Assembly (NCBI GenBank): GCA_015486105.1
Contig: WFSI01000093.1
Coordinates: forward strand, 1-48,154
Length of the DNA: 48,154 nucleotides
Origin: Aquificota bacterium
Lineage (GTDB): Bacteria > Thermosulfidibacterota > Thermosulfidibacteria > Thermosulfidibacterales > B14-G1
Direction of reading: 5' to 3'
Shown here one piece after another: positions 45,877-48,154 of this stretch. The position numbers and the translations under genes were made by a program. The first letter of the stretch is position 1. Every line of letters begins with the position of its first letter. The notes below the pieces were generated by a model. The model had not been told where the DNA came from. It worked only from the letters and a program-made list of their open reading frames with translations, and ran no database searches.

Positions 45877-47199
45877 TCACATCTTCATCATAGCATCCTT
45901 GGCCGCCAGCATCACGGGATTGGAACTGGGAAGAGGAGTGAGGAGGGGATGGGAACAGTGCTGGAGAAAGACCAAATCGTCTACCTTCATCTTTTTCCCT
46001 ATGCAGAAACTCAAAAAGTTTATAAGTTCACCTACCGAATCGCCCCCCTTAATCTCTGCACCAATAAGGGCACCTGAGGAGCAGTCAAAGATGAGCTTCA
46101 GGAAAAGGTTGCAGGTCTCAGGCATGGTAGCAGGGTGCTTATCGGGAACCTCACAGGTACCTACGGCGTATCTAATGCCCTCTCCCTGAGCCATTTTCTC
46201 GTTCAGACCAGCCATACCTAAGGAGAGATCAAAGATCTTCGTGGCGAATGACCCGATCACCCCAGGAAACTCTCTGCGGTGTTCAGATACAGCATTTGAG
46301 GCCGCAGTCACACCCTCCCATACGGCAATTGAGGCCAACTTCACGGGGGTCTCCTTCCCTGTAACAAAGTTGATCTTGCTCCTGCAGTCCCCCGCAGCAT
46401 AGACACCCTCAATATTTGTCTCCAGATACTTGTCCGTCTTTACACCAAATTTGCCCAACTCTATCCCCATCTTGGAGGCAAGGCCCGTATTTGCCCTGAC
46501 TCCAATGCCAAAGATTACCACATCAGCCAGAAGATCCACTCCCGAGTCCAAGTGCACTCTCTTCATGCCCCTATCTGCTTCGATACCTATGGCTGTGCTC
46601 CTGGTGCATATCCTTATATCTTCAGCCCTCATTTTGAACTCTGCCGCCTCACAGAACTCCTCGTCAAAGACCGTCTGGAGACAATGGGGAAGCATCTCCA
46701 CTATGGAAACATCCATCCCCCTTCTTCTAAGCTCCGTCCCTACTTCTAATCCAATAAAGCCACCACCGACGATAACTGCAGAATTAGCATGCTCTAAAGC
46801 TTCCTCTACCCTTATCATGCTTTTTCTGTCTTTAATACTGAAGACATCCTCCAGCTCAGCCCCAGGAATGGGAGGAATAATAGGCTTAGATCCTATTGCA
46901 AGGATGAGCTTGTCAAATTCTACTTTTCCTCCGCTTTGAAGCGTGGCTACTTTATCCTTAACTTCAACTACCACATCCACGATGAGATCCACACCCACCC
47001 CTGTAACCATGGAGTCCGGTATCACAATAGAATCCCTTGGAACCGTTCGACCCATTGAGTATGGAATAGCACAAGGAATAACCGTTAAGGGGCTGGTCCT
47101 GATCTGAGCCACTTCAAGGTGGGGATTCATCGCCCTGGCAAATCTCGCCGCAGAAATACCAGCGGGGCCTCCTCCTATCACCAACAGATCCTTCTTCAT
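45877..47199 (-). CDS. FAD-dependent pyridine nucleotide-disulfide oxidoreductase (NADH oxidase/CoA-disulfide reductase family)
   Basis: GGGPAG, single redox Cys in PCAIPY, GGGFIGLE, TNIEGVYAAGD and a C-terminal dimerisation domain. Confidence 0.88.
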   Translation of the reverse strand: MKKDLLVIGGGPAGISAARFARAMNPHLEVAQIRTSPLTVIPCAIPYSMGRTVPRDSIVIPDSMVTGVGVDLIVDVVVEVKDKVATLQSGGKVEFDKLILAIGSKPIIPPIPGAELEDVFSIKDRKSMIRVEEALEHANSAVIVGGGFIGLEVGTELRRRGMDVSIVEMLPHCLQTVFDEEFCEAAEFKMRAEDIRICTRSTAIGIEADRGMKRVHLDSGVDLLADVVIFGIGVRANTGLASKMGIELGKFGVKTDKYLETNIEGVYAAGDCRSKINFVTGKETPVKLASIAVWEGVTAASNAVSEHRREFPGVIGSFATKIFDLSLGMAGLNEKMAQGEGIRYAVGTCEVPDKHPATMPETCNLFLKLIFDCSSGALIGAEIKGGDSVGELINFLSFCIGKKMKVDDLVFLQHCSHPLLTPLPSSNPVMLAAKDAMMKM

Positions 47200-47240
47200 C
47201 CTGTCCTCCTTTTCACGGCTCTTCTGAAACCAAGAGCAAT

Positions 47241-47633
47241 TTAAGCAGCATAAACGGTAAAAGGCTTCTCTCCCTCTTTTCTAACCTCTTTAATGTGATT
47301 CTCATCGTCCACCAAGACCACAGTAGGTGTCCAGTTCTTGGCCTCATCCTCCATAGCCTGGGCATAGGCAGCGATGATCACCTTGTCCCCCACAGTCACT
47401 TTTCGGGCAGCAGCACCGTTAAGGCAAATAACCCCCGAACTGGGGGGTCCCTCTATCACATAGGTATTGAAACGCTCCCCGTTGGTAATGTTCCAGATCT
47501 CCACCACCTCGTAAGGCAGAATGCCACTGGCCTTTAGAAGCTCCCCATCAATGGTAATGCTTCCCACATAGTCCAAATTGGCCTCTGTCACTGTAGCCCT
47601 ATGGATCTTCGCAAGAAACATTCTCCGCATCAT
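47241..47633 (-). CDS. panD: Aspartate 1-decarboxylase
   Basis: [16 protein letters not shown] (G-S autocleavage site), TYVI and NGAAAR. Confidence 0.97.
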   Translation of the reverse strand: MMRRMFLAKIHRATVTEANLDYVGSITIDGELLKASGILPYEVVEIWNITNGERFNTYVIEGPPSSGVICLNGAAARKVTVGDKVIIAAYAQAMEDEAKNWTPTVVLVDDENHIKEVRKEGEKPFTVYAA

Positions 47634-47645
47634 GCTTTTACCTCC

Positions 47646-48154
47646 TTAAAGGCTATCTACGCCCAACTGAATATTGTCTATAAGTCTTGCCGGACCCACC
47701 TTTACCGCCAAAGCCACCAGAGTACCCTCTTTCACTTCCTTAAGGGATAAAAAGGTATCGGGGTCCACTACTTCCACATAATCTATGGTGGCCAGGGGTT
47801 CGGCTTGAATCAGCTTTACCACCTCCTTTCTGAAGGTGCCAGCGTCCTTTTCCCCCTGGGCAAAAAGCTCCTGAGCCCTTCTAAGGGAATGGTAGAGACA
47901 CAGGGCTCCCTTTCTCTCTTGTGCATTTAAATATGCATTCCTGGAACTCATGGCTAAACCATCAGGTTCCCGAATGATAGGCATGGGTACGATCTCCAGA
48001 TCCATGTTGAGATCAGCCACCATGGTGCGAAGGACCACGTACTGCTGAAAGTCCTTCTTACCAAAGTAAGCCCTATGGGGCCTCACAATATTGAAGAGCT
48101 TGCAACACACGGTGGTGACTCCCCGGAAGTGACCGGGCCTGGAAGCCCCACACA
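47646..48154 (-). CDS. panC: Pantoate-beta-alanine ligase (5' end outside window)
   Basis: [35 protein letters not shown] and RLIDN; the frame stays open to the window edge. Confidence 0.96.
   Translation of the reverse strand, partial: CGASRPGHFRGVTTVCCKLFNIVRPHRAYFGKKDFQQYVVLRTMVADLNMDLEIVPMPIIREPDGLAMSSRNAYLNAQERKGALCLYHSLRRAQELFAQGEKDAGTFRKEVVKLIQAEPLATIDYVEVVDPDTFLSLKEVKEGTLVALAVKVGPARLIDNIQLGVDSL

Noticed and set aside
1-48154. tRNA, rRNA, riboswitch, integrase or transposase
   Set aside because: I recognised none in the intergenic regions or ORFs by eye; an Rfam/tRNAscan search would be needed to exclude small RNAs.

Overview
A gene-dense core-genome window from a diderm bacterium (BamD, an LPS-type GT2 and MurJ are present). 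The protein style suggests a thermophilic anaerobe, but the taxonomy cannot be fixed from sequence alone. The left part holds housekeeping and envelope genes: an M29 aminopeptidase, a TIGR03960/03936 radical SAM fusion, rseP, two tandem cold-shock genes, GT2, IclR, a PDZ radical SAM, a CDP-alcohol transferase, rdgB, two DUF507 genes, bamD, cvpA, MEMO, a HAD hydrolase, an M23 peptidase, PAP2 and murJ. A decayed vapC fragment lies next to REP-like hairpins. An orphan pair follows: a GAF histidine kinase and a PAS-DHp protein whose ATPase domain looks dead. The centre (21.1-40.4 kb, minus strand) is the most notable part. A complex I operon nuoABCD-G-HIJKLMN lacks nuoE/nuoF. Directly upstream lies an operon encoding GAF, NuoE/HydC-like, DRTGG, Ser/Thr kinase, DRTGG, PHP, HATPase, an HndB-like protein lacking its cluster cysteines, and a 1019-aa HydB/NuoF + GltD/NfnB-like fusion, with no hydrogenase subunit. 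The two operons share a 26/30-identical upstream promoter/operator element, which suggests a co-regulated complex I with an alternative NAD(P)H, possibly bifurcating, input module. The right end carries an unannotated 40-aa membrane peptide coupled to dprA-topA, an OYE-family flavoenzyme, an NADH oxidase/CoADR-like enzyme, panD and a partial panC. I saw no rRNA, tRNA, CRISPR array or intact transposase.
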